A stretch of DNA of 61,506 bases. Origin: Bacilli bacterium. GTDB lineage: Bacteria; Bacillota_I; Bacilli_A; RF39; UBA660. A program made the position numbers and the translations under genes. This document shows, piece by piece, positions 25,549 through 35,442 of this stretch. Below the pieces are notes generated by a model. That model saw nothing but the letters and a program-made list of their open reading frames with translations, made no database searches and had not been told where the DNA came from. The number at the start of each line of letters is the position of its first letter. Position 1 is the stretch's first letter. The stretch lies in assembly GCA_045636225.1 (NCBI GenBank), contig JAZTXB010000029.1, positions 1 to 61,506 of the forward strand. Reading direction: 5' to 3'.

Positions 25549-25577
25549 AATATACCATATTTTTACATTTTTGTCAA
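25549..25577 (-). promoter_or_regulatory. near-consensus sigma-A promoter with extended -10
   Basis: Minus strand TTGACA - 17 nt - (TGG)TATATT. Confidence 0.7.
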
Positions 25578-25589
25578 ATTTGAGGTTTT

Positions 25590-26369
25590 CTACTTACCTC
25601 TTGAACTTGTAAAAGATACTTGTTCAGATAATTTTTCTTTTAATGAAGCTAAATATGCTTCTTGATTAACATAAGCAGAATTTATTTGCCCAATAAATTC
25701 GCCAAGATATACTGATAGTTGTTTGCTACCAAACCCACTAGATAAATCTTTAAAGTCTAATACTTCTCCTACTGGTTCTTTTATTTCAGCATCAGGCATA
25801 ACATTTTTTTCTTTTGCTTTTTCTGCAATAAGACTAGCTCTATTCTCTGTTTCTTTTTGTATATCAGTATAAGGTGAACCACCCCATTCTCCTCTACACA
25901 TTAAATCTAATGTTTCTTTTGAATAAAAACTAGTTGTAGCAACGAATTGTTTTTTTGATGGAACAATATCTTGTAATTCATATCTTTGAACAAACACACC
26001 TTCTGGCGTAAATATTGATATTGATGTTTCTGGTCTTATCGAAACTATTCCCCCGTTATAATTTGTTTTAGTTCCTGGTAGATTAAAATATATTTGACTT
26101 TTATAATCTCCAGAATTAAAAATAGCATCATGGTCTGTAACCCAAAGCATTGCATTTTCGCTTGGAACTACCACAGCTTGTTCTGTAAGACTTTTTTGCA
26201 TAGGTCTAACTATTTGAGAAAGTTGAATGTCTTTAATAAATGTTCCCAAATACGAAGCCATATCTCCATAACGTCTTACGCTTGAGTAATAACTCTCTTT
26301 TTCCTTTGGATATTGTTTATAAGTATCAACAATATGTTTGGCAAATCTAGCATTGTAATCTTCAGTCAT
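25590..26369 (-). CDS. hypothetical protein (259 aa)
   Basis: AGGAGG SD favours the ATG at 26369 (MTEDYNARF...). Own extended -10 promoter just upstream. No TM segment, no family recognised. Confidence 0.65.
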   Translation of the reverse strand: MTEDYNARFAKHIVDTYKQYPKEKESYYSSVRRYGDMASYLGTFIKDIQLSQIVRPMQKSLTEQAVVVPSENAMLWVTDHDAIFNSGDYKSQIYFNLPGTKTNYNGGIVSIRPETSISIFTPEGVFVQRYELQDIVPSKKQFVATTSFYSKETLDLMCRGEWGGSPYTDIQKETENRASLIAEKAKEKNVMPDAEIKEPVGEVLDFKDLSSGFGSKQLSVYLGEFIGQINSAYVNQEAYLASLKEKLSEQVSFTSSRGK

Positions 26370-26388
26370 TCTATTACCTCCTACCATA

Positions 26389-26397
26389 ATTATACCA
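26389..26397 (-). promoter_or_regulatory. extended -10 promoter
   Basis: Minus strand TGGTATAAT directly upstream of the SD of 25590..26369. Confidence 0.45.
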
Positions 26398-26478
26398 TGA
26401 AAACAATTAAATCAATCCATAAATATGTGTTTTGCACCTAAATTTCGTCATTTTTCGACATTTTTTATTATTTATATG

Positions 26479-26510
26479 TAAAAAAGGTCATTTCAAACAG
26501 AAATAACCTT
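26479..26510 (-). terminator. terminator after the T4SS operon
   Basis: Minus strand AAGGTTATTTC-tgttt-GAAATGACCTT followed by TTTTT. Confidence 0.6.
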
Positions 26511-26516
26511 ATAAAT

Positions 26517-28061
26517 TTAATAAGCAGGAGTTCCATATCCAAATATATATTTACTATTAATATCGTATTCTTTTTGTCTGCACATATCATCAGTAGAATT
26601 TCCCTCTACTGTATATACTTTTCCATTTTCCACTTTTTCTACAATACCAACGTGATTTACATTTCCATCAACTTCCCAGTCAAAGAATATTATATCGCCC
26701 TCTCTTGGAATATATCCTTTTTCTTTCCATTGTCCCATTGCTTTAAACCAATCAATACCATTTTGACATCCTGCAAATTTTGGAATTATATTTGACTCTA
26801 TATATCCTGCTTGATTTGCTACCCAAGATACAAAACAAGCACACCATTCAACACGAGAATTAAATCCATACCAACTCCAATAAGGTTGTCCTCCAACATT
26901 ACCAACTTGTGATAATGCTATTTGAACAATGTTTGGACTTCCTAATGGACTTCCATAAATAGCTGATGACCATAAATTTGCATATTCATCACTCATTAAT
27001 TCATCTAATTGATTTTTTTGTGCCGTATTAAAAGAATATTCTTTTTTCATTTCTTCAATACTTTTAGAAGATATTTTTATATGCAATATTTTCTTTTCTT
27101 CCTCTACACCATCTTCATTTTTTATCTTTTCTGTTTTTACCTCAGAAGAAATAGTATTCATATCCCAAAATACTTCTTTTAATACCGATATTTTGTTATC
27201 ATCAAGTGTTATAACATCAACTTCATTTGTTCCTTTTGAAATCTTAACTGTATATACTGCTAGAACTTCTTTCCATTCTGTACGATCAGAATTTATCGTA
27301 TAATCATCATAAGTATTACTATTTTGTATATTGGTAATCTTATTTGCCATTTCTTGATTTATTTCATTAACTACCGTATTCATTGTTTTAGTCCCACCAG
27401 TATCTTCACTAGAAAAGAAAATACCAAAAATTGAACTGCATAATAATCCAACTAAACAAATAATAATAATTGCAACAACAGCTACCCATCCTCCTGCAAT
27501 TAATGCTGAAATCAATGCTTTTGTTCCTGCTATTATTGCCTTAATTGATGTTATTGTTGCTTTTACTGCCACTTTAATTCCTTTAGCAGTTGCTATTGCA
27601 GTCTGTTTAGCATAATGCATTGCTCTTTGACTTGCCTTTACAGTTTGGTGAGCAACTTTCTTTGTATTGTCTGCTACGGCTTTACTGGTTTTAATTGTTG
27701 TTTTTGTATTCTTAACAACACCTTTTGTTTGTTTTATACCTTTTTTAGCAAGTTTCTTTTCCTTAATTGCTTTAATTTTAATTTTAGATTTTTTTACATT
27801 TTCTCTTGTTTGAACAAATGCCTTTTTTCCTTGTTTATTAAATTGGTATGCAGTTTCATCAGTTGCTCTGTTACTTATATAACCAATATTATTACTACCA
27901 TATTCATTAATATTTGTTTCTTCATTTGCTATATTATCTGTTTTTTCTTTTGTATGAACTATTGTATCTTTAAATCTCTCAATAGCAATAGCAGATTTAT
28001 CTATTGTTTTGACAGATTTTTTTGCTACATCTCTAACTTTAATATCTGCCACAAATAGCAC
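26517..28061 (-). CDS. T4SS-associated cell-wall hydrolase (membrane-anchored, C-terminal NlpC/P60-CHAP domain)
   Basis: Internal TM segment (GGWVAVVAIIIICLVGLL), catalytic Cys/His blocks (VEWCACFVSWVANQAGY; NHVGIVEKV). Exact start uncertain (GTG 28061 or 28052). Confidence 0.85.
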   Translation of the reverse strand: MLFVADIKVRDVAKKSVKTIDKSAIAIERFKDTIVHTKEKTDNIANEETNINEYGSNNIGYISNRATDETAYQFNKQGKKAFVQTRENVKKSKIKIKAIKEKKLAKKGIKQTKGVVKNTKTTIKTSKAVADNTKKVAHQTVKASQRAMHYAKQTAIATAKGIKVAVKATITSIKAIIAGTKALISALIAGGWVAVVAIIIICLVGLLCSSIFGIFFSSEDTGGTKTMNTVVNEINQEMANKITNIQNSNTYDDYTINSDRTEWKEVLAVYTVKISKGTNEVDVITLDDNKISVLKEVFWDMNTISSEVKTEKIKNEDGVEEEKKILHIKISSKSIEEMKKEYSFNTAQKNQLDELMSDEYANLWSSAIYGSPLGSPNIVQIALSQVGNVGGQPYWSWYGFNSRVEWCACFVSWVANQAGYIESNIIPKFAGCQNGIDWFKAMGQWKEKGYIPREGDIIFFDWEVDGNVNHVGIVEKVENGKVYTVEGNSTDDMCRQKEYDINSKYIFGYGTPAY

Positions 28062-28071
28062 CTCCTAGATT

Positions 28072-30405
28072 TTATTTGTTTTCACCAGGTTTTGTTGACA
28101 TCAATTTATAAAGATTTGTATTTTTAGGAAATTCATTAATAAATGGAACTAATGAACTACCAACTTTTAATAATCCCTGTCCTGCACCTACATTTGTTAT
28201 ATAACTCATTTGTAAATCAGAAATATTTAATAATTTAGCAAGTTCTAATCTATCTGTACTTGCTTGATTAAGCATTACAATAAACTCTGAATTTGCTAAC
28301 ATTGTTCTTGCTGTATGACTTTGTAATAAGTCATCAACATTTTGTGTTATACCAGTACAATATGCCCCATATTTACGAACTCTTTTCCATAATGTGAATA
28401 AAAAGTTTGCAGAGTATTCATGCTGAAATAACAAATATATTTCATCTATAAAAATATAAGTGTTTCTTCCTTTAGTTCTATTAGTTGTAATTCTATTTAA
28501 AATACTGTCTAATACTACTAACATTCCAATAGGAAGCAATTGTTTTCCTAAATCCAATATGTCATAGCAAATTAAGCGATTATTTGTATCTACATTTGTA
28601 TTTTTTGCAAAAGTATTCAATGAGCCATCTGTAAACAATTCAATTGCTAATGCTATTTCTTTTGCCTCTGGTTCACTTTGTCTTAATAATTCTTCTCTAA
28701 AGTCTTGTAATGTCGGTGGAGTACCTTGATAATTGCCTTGTTGGTAGTGTCTATAAACTTTTGCAGTACACCTATCTATAATAGATTTTTGTTTCGGTCC
28801 TAAATTATTTCCACCTATTAATTGCTCACAAAGAGAAAGAATAAACTCTGATTTTAAAATTACAGGATTTGCACCATCTCCATATTCACTATTCATATCC
28901 ATTGCATTTATATGATTTTTACTTGTAGCAGAAATATGAATAACTTCCCCTTTCATTGCATTAACAAGAGAAGAATATTCACGTTCTGGGTCTATAATAA
29001 TTACATCTGCATTCGGATCACGAAGAATAACTGAAACAATTTCATTTTTTCCTGTAAAAGATTTACCACTACCAGATACTCCTAATATAAAACTATTACC
29101 ATTTAATAATTGTCTTCTATCTGCAATTATCATATTTTTACTAATAACATTTTGTCCATAATATATTCCATTTTCGTGATTTATTTCTTGAACTCTAAAA
29201 GGAATAAAAACTGCAAGTGATTCTGTTGTTAATGTTCTTAAGGCATCTATTTTTCTAACTCCAAATGGCATAACTGTATTTAAGCCATCTAATTGTTGCC
29301 ATTTCAAAATTGCGAACTGACATAAATGCTTTCTAGCTGTTGTTAATAAACTTTCTGTATCATTATCTAATTGTTCTTTAGTTTCTGCAGTATGAACCAT
29401 TGTTAATACTGATAAGAACATTCTTTGGTCACGAATTGTTAAATCATCTAAAAATTCTTTTGACTCATTTCTTTGTTGTTCCATATCATAAGGTATAACA
29501 GCACTAAAATTATTATTAGAATTTTGTCTTCTCTGCCAATTAGTTATGTTGGTTTCTACTCCTAATCTTCTATTTTCCACTTCTCTAACTGCTTCATCCA
29601 TTGGTATAGGAACAACATCTATACTCATCATCATATTTCTATTTAAATCAGTTAATTCTGCTACCATATTATCTTTAATATAACTAGCATACTCTTTTAA
29701 AAATAATACTCTACCATAACGATTACCTAATTTAAAATAATCATTTTCAAATTCTACTGTATCTGGACTTATAAAGTCTTTAAAACTATGTCCTTTTCTC
29801 ATATTTTGTATAAAATCAAAAGTGAAAGAATTTTCTTCCCCTGCTCTATAAAAGTCATGAAATAAACGCAGTCTATCAACTGCGTCTAACTCTATACATT
29901 TTGAACCTAATTGAGTAAAATGATTTGACAAATCTGCACTTATTCTTGAAAAGTAATTCTTTGCTTCTTCTATACCTTTCTTATTCACTGATATTGTAAT
30001 AAATTTTTCTTGAGTAATTCCATTAGCTCCTGTTGCTTTATCTAAAAGCATTTTGTTATATTCTTTTCTATATTCATCTAAATCATTTTCTACTAATGGT
30101 AATAATATATTTCTTTCAAAATCCACTTTATTTAATCTTCTGTTTAGAATAGTAATTTTTGTTGTAGCACCTGTATCAAATGAATTTAATAATTCACTAT
30201 ATTCTAAAAACATTGCCTCTTTATCTGGTTTACTAGCTACAGCATAATTTATATCTGTAAATCTATAACACTTAGAAAATTTATTTTTTCCAACTTGACA
30301 TATTCCATCTTGCCAAATTTTATTTATAGGAATTATATCTTGAACTCCTTTAGGAACAACAAATACTTCCTTATCTTGTTTAAACAACATCTTTAATGTT
30401 TTCAT
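28072..30405 (-). CDS. VirB4-family T4SS ATPase
   Basis: Walker A GVSGSGKSFTGK, Walker B YIFIDEIYLLF, ~780 aa, follows a PrgI-like gene. Confidence 0.9.
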   Translation of the reverse strand: MKTLKMLFKQDKEVFVVPKGVQDIIPINKIWQDGICQVGKNKFSKCYRFTDINYAVASKPDKEAMFLEYSELLNSFDTGATTKITILNRRLNKVDFERNILLPLVENDLDEYRKEYNKMLLDKATGANGITQEKFITISVNKKGIEEAKNYFSRISADLSNHFTQLGSKCIELDAVDRLRLFHDFYRAGEENSFTFDFIQNMRKGHSFKDFISPDTVEFENDYFKLGNRYGRVLFLKEYASYIKDNMVAELTDLNRNMMMSIDVVPIPMDEAVREVENRRLGVETNITNWQRRQNSNNNFSAVIPYDMEQQRNESKEFLDDLTIRDQRMFLSVLTMVHTAETKEQLDNDTESLLTTARKHLCQFAILKWQQLDGLNTVMPFGVRKIDALRTLTTESLAVFIPFRVQEINHENGIYYGQNVISKNMIIADRRQLLNGNSFILGVSGSGKSFTGKNEIVSVILRDPNADVIIIDPEREYSSLVNAMKGEVIHISATSKNHINAMDMNSEYGDGANPVILKSEFILSLCEQLIGGNNLGPKQKSIIDRCTAKVYRHYQQGNYQGTPPTLQDFREELLRQSEPEAKEIALAIELFTDGSLNTFAKNTNVDTNNRLICYDILDLGKQLLPIGMLVVLDSILNRITTNRTKGRNTYIFIDEIYLLFQHEYSANFLFTLWKRVRKYGAYCTGITQNVDDLLQSHTARTMLANSEFIVMLNQASTDRLELAKLLNISDLQMSYITNVGAGQGLLKVGSSLVPFINEFPKNTNLYKLMSTKPGENK

Positions 30406-30751
30406 TTTTTAAGTCCTCCTTTTCTATTTTTTCTTTCAATAATTCATAATAAAAATTTGTTGGTTTAAATGTTAAATGCTTGGGTATCAAAAACTCTGAT
30501 TTAACCCAAGCATAAATGAATTTTTCTGCAGACATTCCATTGTAAGTTATAAATCCTATTGCAGCGAATGGTGAAGCACCTAAAATACACATCCAAGATA
30601 AAGTTTCTATTCCAAACTTATCTTTTAAAAGAAAATATAATAGAACAGCTACACCACAAGCCAATATAGAAAAAATGAACTGTCGTAATGACAGTCCAAA
30701 AAATATACTTTCGGTATAATCTCTTATTTCCCTATTTATTTTTACTTCCAT
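30380..30751 (-). CDS. PrgI/TcpE-like T4SS membrane protein
   Basis: MEVKINREIRDYTESIFFGLSLRQF plus two TM helices; AAAGGAG SD favours the ATG at 30751. Confidence 0.7.
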   Translation of the reverse strand: MEVKINREIRDYTESIFFGLSLRQFIFSILACGVAVLLYFLLKDKFGIETLSWMCILGASPFAAIGFITYNGMSAEKFIYAWVKSEFLIPKHLTFKPTNFYYELLKEKIEKEDLKNENIKDVV

Positions 30752-30752
30752 T

Positions 30753-30971
30753 TTACCTACTCCTTTCTTTATTTTTTTGTTTAAAATTAAAATTGAGTTC
30801 ACAACTCATAATGTTATTATTTATAGTTCCATCTGGAAACTTAACACTATATCTATCATTGTAAATATCCTTACCTTTTTTAAAATCAAGAATAGTAACA
30901 ATTTCACCATTGTGTTTCATATCAGCATCAATTTTTGTATTAAATAAAGCTTTCATCTTTTTTTCTTCCAA
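30753..30971 (-). CDS. small hypothetical protein
   Basis: ORF ending 1 nt before the PrgI-like start; no motif. Confidence 0.45.
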   Translation of the reverse strand: MEEKKMKALFNTKIDADMKHNGEIVTILDFKKGKDIYNDRYSVKFPDGTINNNIMSCELNFNFKQKNKERSR

Positions 30972-30979
30972 TTAAAGCA

Positions 30980-32386
30980 CTACCTTTCCATATTTTTATT
31001 TTTGGTTTTATTAAAATTCTTAACAATATTAACATTAACATTCCCATTTATAGGATAATCAGGTTCTCCCTCAAATTTATTATTGCAAGAAGTATATAAA
31101 GCCATATTCCCTTTTCCCAAATTTACATCTTTATATAGAACTCCTCTTTCGCTTCTAAATACAGGTCTATCCCAACTATCAATTCCAATAAATTGAATAT
31201 TTAATTCTTCAACTTTATTTTCGTTCTTTGTTTCAAATGTGTTTACTAAATTACCTCCAGAAATTACTGTATGATAATCTTTTAATGCTTTTTTTATATC
31301 ATTGTCATAATAATATCCATATCCCCAACTTAATTGATTATCTTTTATTTCATAATTAAAAGCTATAATATACTCTGGTTTTTCTTCTACTACTCTTTCT
31401 ACTAATGCAATTGGCTGTCCATTTCTATCGCCTTTATATATTAAAGTTTTATCATTATAATTTTCATATTCTTTACCAATAAAATCATTATACTCATATT
31501 GAATATAATCTTTATTATCATTTATCCATTGTTCTAGCATTTCATAAGTTGAATATCTTGGATTTCTATATTCTTCACTTTTCATAAATTTACCAGATAC
31601 ATAATCACAAAAATCATAACTTATATCACACTCTGGTTTATCAGATTTTTTTAACATATCTTGCAACAAATCGTATCCTAAAACAAAATTCAGATATGCC
31701 TTTTCGCTTGGCACATCTATATTTTTCATCATATATGTTTCATCTATATATTCTTTTATATTTTGCCTTAAACCTATTGTGTTTAACGATACTGTTTCAA
31801 TACTCTCTTTATTTTCAAAATCTTTTTTAGATTCATATATATTAACTAGATTTTCTTTATCATTATCAAAATTAACATCATCAGCTTCAATAATATATCC
31901 TTTGTATTCCATTGTTTCAAACATTGCTAGTCCCTCAAAATAATTCATAATATCTGGTGTATCTAACCCTGTATTGTTATCTAAAAATTCTTTTGTAATA
32001 CCATTATCTGCACAATATTGTAAATAATTTTGCACTCCATCTTTATAATCAATATCTTCTGGATATAACTCGTGTATTGAGTTCCATATACTATAATGAA
32101 CTTCTGGTGTCATATATCCAACTTTCCAGCCTTCTTCTAAAAGATTATAAATATAATAATCAAAATTATAGTCCCATTCTGGTACATTGAAATACCCCTC
32201 TGGACTATTTTTGGTATTCGGAGTAAACTCTATTGCCTCATCACTAGATGAATTACTAGCAAGAGTATTAGTTTCTTGTGTATCTGGTTTATACAAAATA
32301 TAATCTACTTTTTTATCTTGATGTTCCATACTATCTTTCAAGATTTCTTCTATTCTTAATTTTTCTTTTTCAACAAACTCTTTCAT
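30980..32386 (-). CDS. acidic, Tyr/Asn-rich soluble protein (468 aa), unknown
   Basis: No TM or signal peptide; embedded between VirB6-like and PrgI-like genes. Confidence 0.65.
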   Translation of the reverse strand: MKEFVEKEKLRIEEILKDSMEHQDKKVDYILYKPDTQETNTLASNSSSDEAIEFTPNTKNSPEGYFNVPEWDYNFDYYIYNLLEEGWKVGYMTPEVHYSIWNSIHELYPEDIDYKDGVQNYLQYCADNGITKEFLDNNTGLDTPDIMNYFEGLAMFETMEYKGYIIEADDVNFDNDKENLVNIYESKKDFENKESIETVSLNTIGLRQNIKEYIDETYMMKNIDVPSEKAYLNFVLGYDLLQDMLKKSDKPECDISYDFCDYVSGKFMKSEEYRNPRYSTYEMLEQWINDNKDYIQYEYNDFIGKEYENYNDKTLIYKGDRNGQPIALVERVVEEKPEYIIAFNYEIKDNQLSWGYGYYYDNDIKKALKDYHTVISGGNLVNTFETKNENKVEELNIQFIGIDSWDRPVFRSERGVLYKDVNLGKGNMALYTSCNNKFEGEPDYPINGNVNVNIVKNFNKTKNKNMER

Positions 32387-32402
32387 ATAATCATTTTCCT
32401 TT

Positions 32403-33248
32403 CTATAATCCCATCATCTCTCTTACAACACGATCTGATAGTTTAATTGTTCCTACTAGAACTAACATATTAAATATTAATTCGCCTATATATTTCCAAA
32501 CTTGTGTGACTGCTGCAGCACTCGTATCAACAACAGGTGGACTAGACGCAAATAATGAAAATATAATGCAAGATAAGACTATAATTGCCCCCTCTAAACA
32601 TACTGCACAATATGATTTTAAAAAGCTTTTACCAACTTGTTGTGTTGGTTCTCCTGCAAACGTTGATAAAGGAACAGGTGCTATAGCAGTATATAAATAT
32701 AATTTAAAGAATCTACCATATACAGTCATAATCATTATGAAGGATAAAACTGTTATAAATAAACCACCTATTAATGTTACTGCCCATAATGGTATTGACT
32801 CAAAAAATCCACAACTCTCTACTGCTGTTATAATCTCTTGTGGCAATACTGTTTGTGTTGCACTACCAAATCCAGAAGCTTGAATTATCGTTGCAATAAC
32901 ACCTTGAATTATTTTAAATAATGCTAACATTAAATCCAATCCGTAAGTCACTACTATTTTTGCTATCGCAAATCTAATAAATAATTTTAATGCGTGTTCT
33001 GGTTTTTTTACTTCTGCAAAAGAACCACACGTTTTCATTACACCTACTACGAAGAATAAAACAAGCAAAGCAAGTCCAATAGCTTGTATTGCTCCGTGAA
33101 TGTTTAAAATAACATTCCAAATTGTTCCACCCTTAAATGTTTCTGGTGTTTGTGTTATTAAAGTCCATATTTCACTTAATTTAGAGTTCCAAGTTTCTAG
33201 TGCGTTTTGTAAGTTTTGCACTACCCAATTATCACTCAATATTAACAC
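32403..33248 (-). CDS. polytopic T4SS membrane protein (VirB6/TrbL-like)
   Basis: ~6 TM helices; position next to the Maff2-like and T4CP genes as in clostridial ICEs. Confidence 0.65.
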   Translation of the reverse strand: MLILSDNWVVQNLQNALETWNSKLSEIWTLITQTPETFKGGTIWNVILNIHGAIQAIGLALLVLFFVVGVMKTCGSFAEVKKPEHALKLFIRFAIAKIVVTYGLDLMLALFKIIQGVIATIIQASGFGSATQTVLPQEIITAVESCGFFESIPLWAVTLIGGLFITVLSFIMIMTVYGRFFKLYLYTAIAPVPLSTFAGEPTQQVGKSFLKSYCAVCLEGAIIVLSCIIFSLFASSPPVVDTSAAAVTQVWKYIGELIFNMLVLVGTIKLSDRVVREMMGL

Positions 33249-33302
33249 CTCCTCATAAAAAGATTAAAAGGCAAGAAATTAAATCTTGCCTTTTGATAAT
33301 CA

Positions 33303-33635
33303 TTAACCTGTTATCATATTAAGAATTTCTTTCGCAAAAGTTATAATAACTCCTCCTGCTAGTGTTAAAAAGCCATTAGCTCTTTGTGATGGATCATGAC
33401 TTTTTAATGATAATCCTATTTGAACTATACCAAATCCTAGCAATATCATTCCTACTGCTCTAATAAGTCCAAATATAAAATCCGATAAATTATTAACTAC
33501 TGTCATTGGGTCATCTGCTGCTAAAACTTGTACACTTGTTCCGATTGTTAAAACAAATAGCAACACTCCTATTACATATAGTTTAAATATTTTTTTACCT
33601 TTACTACTTAAATTTAATTTATTGTTCTTTTTCAT
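33303..33635 (-). CDS. Maff2-like small membrane protein (pilin-like)
   Basis: Signal/TM segment then GMILLGFGIVQIGLSLKSHDPSQRANGFLTLAGGVII, resembling Maff2-family proteins; AAGGAG SD favours the ATG at 33635. Confidence 0.6.
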   Translation of the reverse strand: MKKNNKLNLSSKGKKIFKLYVIGVLLFVLTIGTSVQVLAADDPMTVVNNLSDFIFGLIRAVGMILLGFGIVQIGLSLKSHDPSQRANGFLTLAGGVIITFAKEILNMITG

Positions 33636-35442
33636 TTTTAAATTCTCCTTTTCCATTTAAATAATCTTCTATTTCTTCTGAAGAAATAATTTCATAATCT
33701 CCTACAATTGCTTCTATATTTGTATATTTATAATCTTCTATATTTTCATCAAATATAATTGAAGCAATCGCATTTTCTGTACCACCATGCAAATAAGGTT
33801 TACCACTTCCATCTGTTGTTTTATTTACATTTGGATGTTTTAAAATTTCATATTTAAAATCCATTATTGGTCTTTCACCTCTAATGAATAAAAGTGCATA
33901 TTTATTATCAAGTAATCTAACTTCATCCGGTGTCATTAATTCTCTACCACTTATCTGATAATTAGTAGAGTAATTCCCACTATGTCCTGTACTTTTTCCA
34001 TAAGTATTAGTATCTATTGTTTCTTTTCCTAAAAGTTCACTTACATACTTATGTGTTGATTGTTCGTTTCCACCAAGATATAAAAACTCATCACAATTAC
34101 CTACAATACTTTCCCATTGTTTTTCAAATAATGCTTTTAATTGTGCTAGATTTTGTAAAATTATACTTACTGATACTTCTCTTGACCTCATAACAGATAA
34201 AATCTTATCAAAATCGTCTGGTAAACTTACATTTGCAAATTCATCCATAACAAAATGAACATGGACTGGTAAACTTCCTCCATACTTATGATCAGCTAAA
34301 AAAAACAACTGCTGAAACAGTTGTGTATATAAAATACTTACTAAAAAATTAAAACTTGTATCATTATCTGGAATTAAAGCAAATAAAGCTACTTTCTTTT
34401 CTCCCAGTGATGGCAAGTCTAATTCATCAGTTGCAGTTAATGAAGCAAGACTCTGAAGATTAAATTTTTCTAATCTTGAAGCTAATGTTATTTGAATAGA
34501 TTTTAAAGTTTTTGCAGAACCACTATGATAATCTCTATAATACTTAACTGCTATATGCTCTGGTTCTTTATCTTCTAATCTATTAAATAATACATCTAAT
34601 GGACTTATATAATTATCATCATCTTCATGAACTTCACCTGCTCTCAATAATTCCATAACCATTGGGAAATTTTGTTCATCTTCAGGTGCTTCATATTTTA
34701 AATAAAAAATCAATGCCAATAATAACATAGAAGCTGCAGTATCCCAAAAAGGATCATTGCTTGATGAACCTTTTGGTGTTGTTGCTTTAAATAAATTAGT
34801 TACTAGTTTTTGAACATCATTATCACTTTTTAAATAAACAAACGGATTATAGCAATGACTTTTTTCCATATTTATTAAGTCTAACACTTTAACTTCATAT
34901 CCTTGTTCTTTTAAAAGATAACCTAACGACCTTACAATCTCACCTTTTGGGTCTAATACAACAAAAGAAGTATTACATTGCATTATATTAGGTTTACAAT
35001 AGAACCTCGTCTTTCCGGCTCCACTTCCACCACATACCAATACATTAATATTTCTTCTATGTTGTTTTCCATTTAATCCAATAACTACATTTTGAGTTAA
35101 TACTTTATTATTTGAAATGGGTTTTTGTAAATATTTTTTGTTTATAACACTTGCAACGCCCCATTTTGCACTTCCGTGTTCTTCTCTCCTACGATAATTT
35201 TTTTTGGTAGCAAAATATATGCTTATGCCCATAAAATAACAGACACAAAATAATATAATTACTTTAATACTATCATTGCACCAAGATAAATTAAAAGGAC
35301 TCTCTATCAATTTAGGAAAGTCCTTTATTATCTGTGGTAATCCACCATCAACTGATGGTGCAATTAAAATTGCTATCCATATTATCGGTATTAATCCAAC
35401 AACATAAACCCATTTTGGAATTTCATTTGAATCGTTTGTCAT
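33619..35442 (-). CDS. type IV coupling protein (VirD4/TraG family)
   Basis: N-terminal TM helices, Walker A CGGSGAGKT, Walker B HFVMDEFANV. Confidence 0.9.
   Translation of the reverse strand: MTNDSNEIPKWVYVVGLIPIIWIAILIAPSVDGGLPQIIKDFPKLIESPFNLSWCNDSIKVIILFCVCYFMGISIYFATKKNYRRREEHGSAKWGVASVINKKYLQKPISNNKVLTQNVVIGLNGKQHRRNINVLVCGGSGAGKTRFYCKPNIMQCNTSFVVLDPKGEIVRSLGYLLKEQGYEVKVLDLINMEKSHCYNPFVYLKSDNDVQKLVTNLFKATTPKGSSSNDPFWDTAASMLLLALIFYLKYEAPEDEQNFPMVMELLRAGEVHEDDDNYISPLDVLFNRLEDKEPEHIAVKYYRDYHSGSAKTLKSIQITLASRLEKFNLQSLASLTATDELDLPSLGEKKVALFALIPDNDTSFNFLVSILYTQLFQQLFFLADHKYGGSLPVHVHFVMDEFANVSLPDDFDKILSVMRSREVSVSIILQNLAQLKALFEKQWESIVGNCDEFLYLGGNEQSTHKYVSELLGKETIDTNTYGKSTGHSGNYSTNYQISGRELMTPDEVRLLDNKYALLFIRGERPIMDFKYEILKHPNVNKTTDGSGKPYLHGGTENAIASIIFDENIEDYKYTNIEAIVGDYEIISSEEIEDYLNGKGEFKNEKEQ

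Noticed and set aside
32278-32883. Plus-strand ORFs lying antisense to long minus-strand genes (e.g. 66..263, 3428..3832, 6007..6189, 6437..6679, 7516..7752, 9316..9618, 14157..14375, 15290..15559, 16567..16767, 16786..17214, 22314..22550, 22600..22866, 24976..25182, 26094..26285, 26574..26795, 27615..28058, 30053..30247, 32278..32883, 35334..35549, 36006..36191, 36704..37171, 37197..37664, 37745..38008, 38930..39136, 39849..40070, 44643..44855, 46277..46552, 47144..47578, 49646..49837, 53708..53911, 54114..54320, 55882..56392, 56550..56890, 58859..59095, 59945..60220)
   Set aside because: Their products are F/L/S/I/C-rich low-complexity strings typical of the antisense of AAR/GAR-rich coding DNA. 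They have no SD sequences and no motifs, and each is fully covered by a well-supported gene on the other strand.
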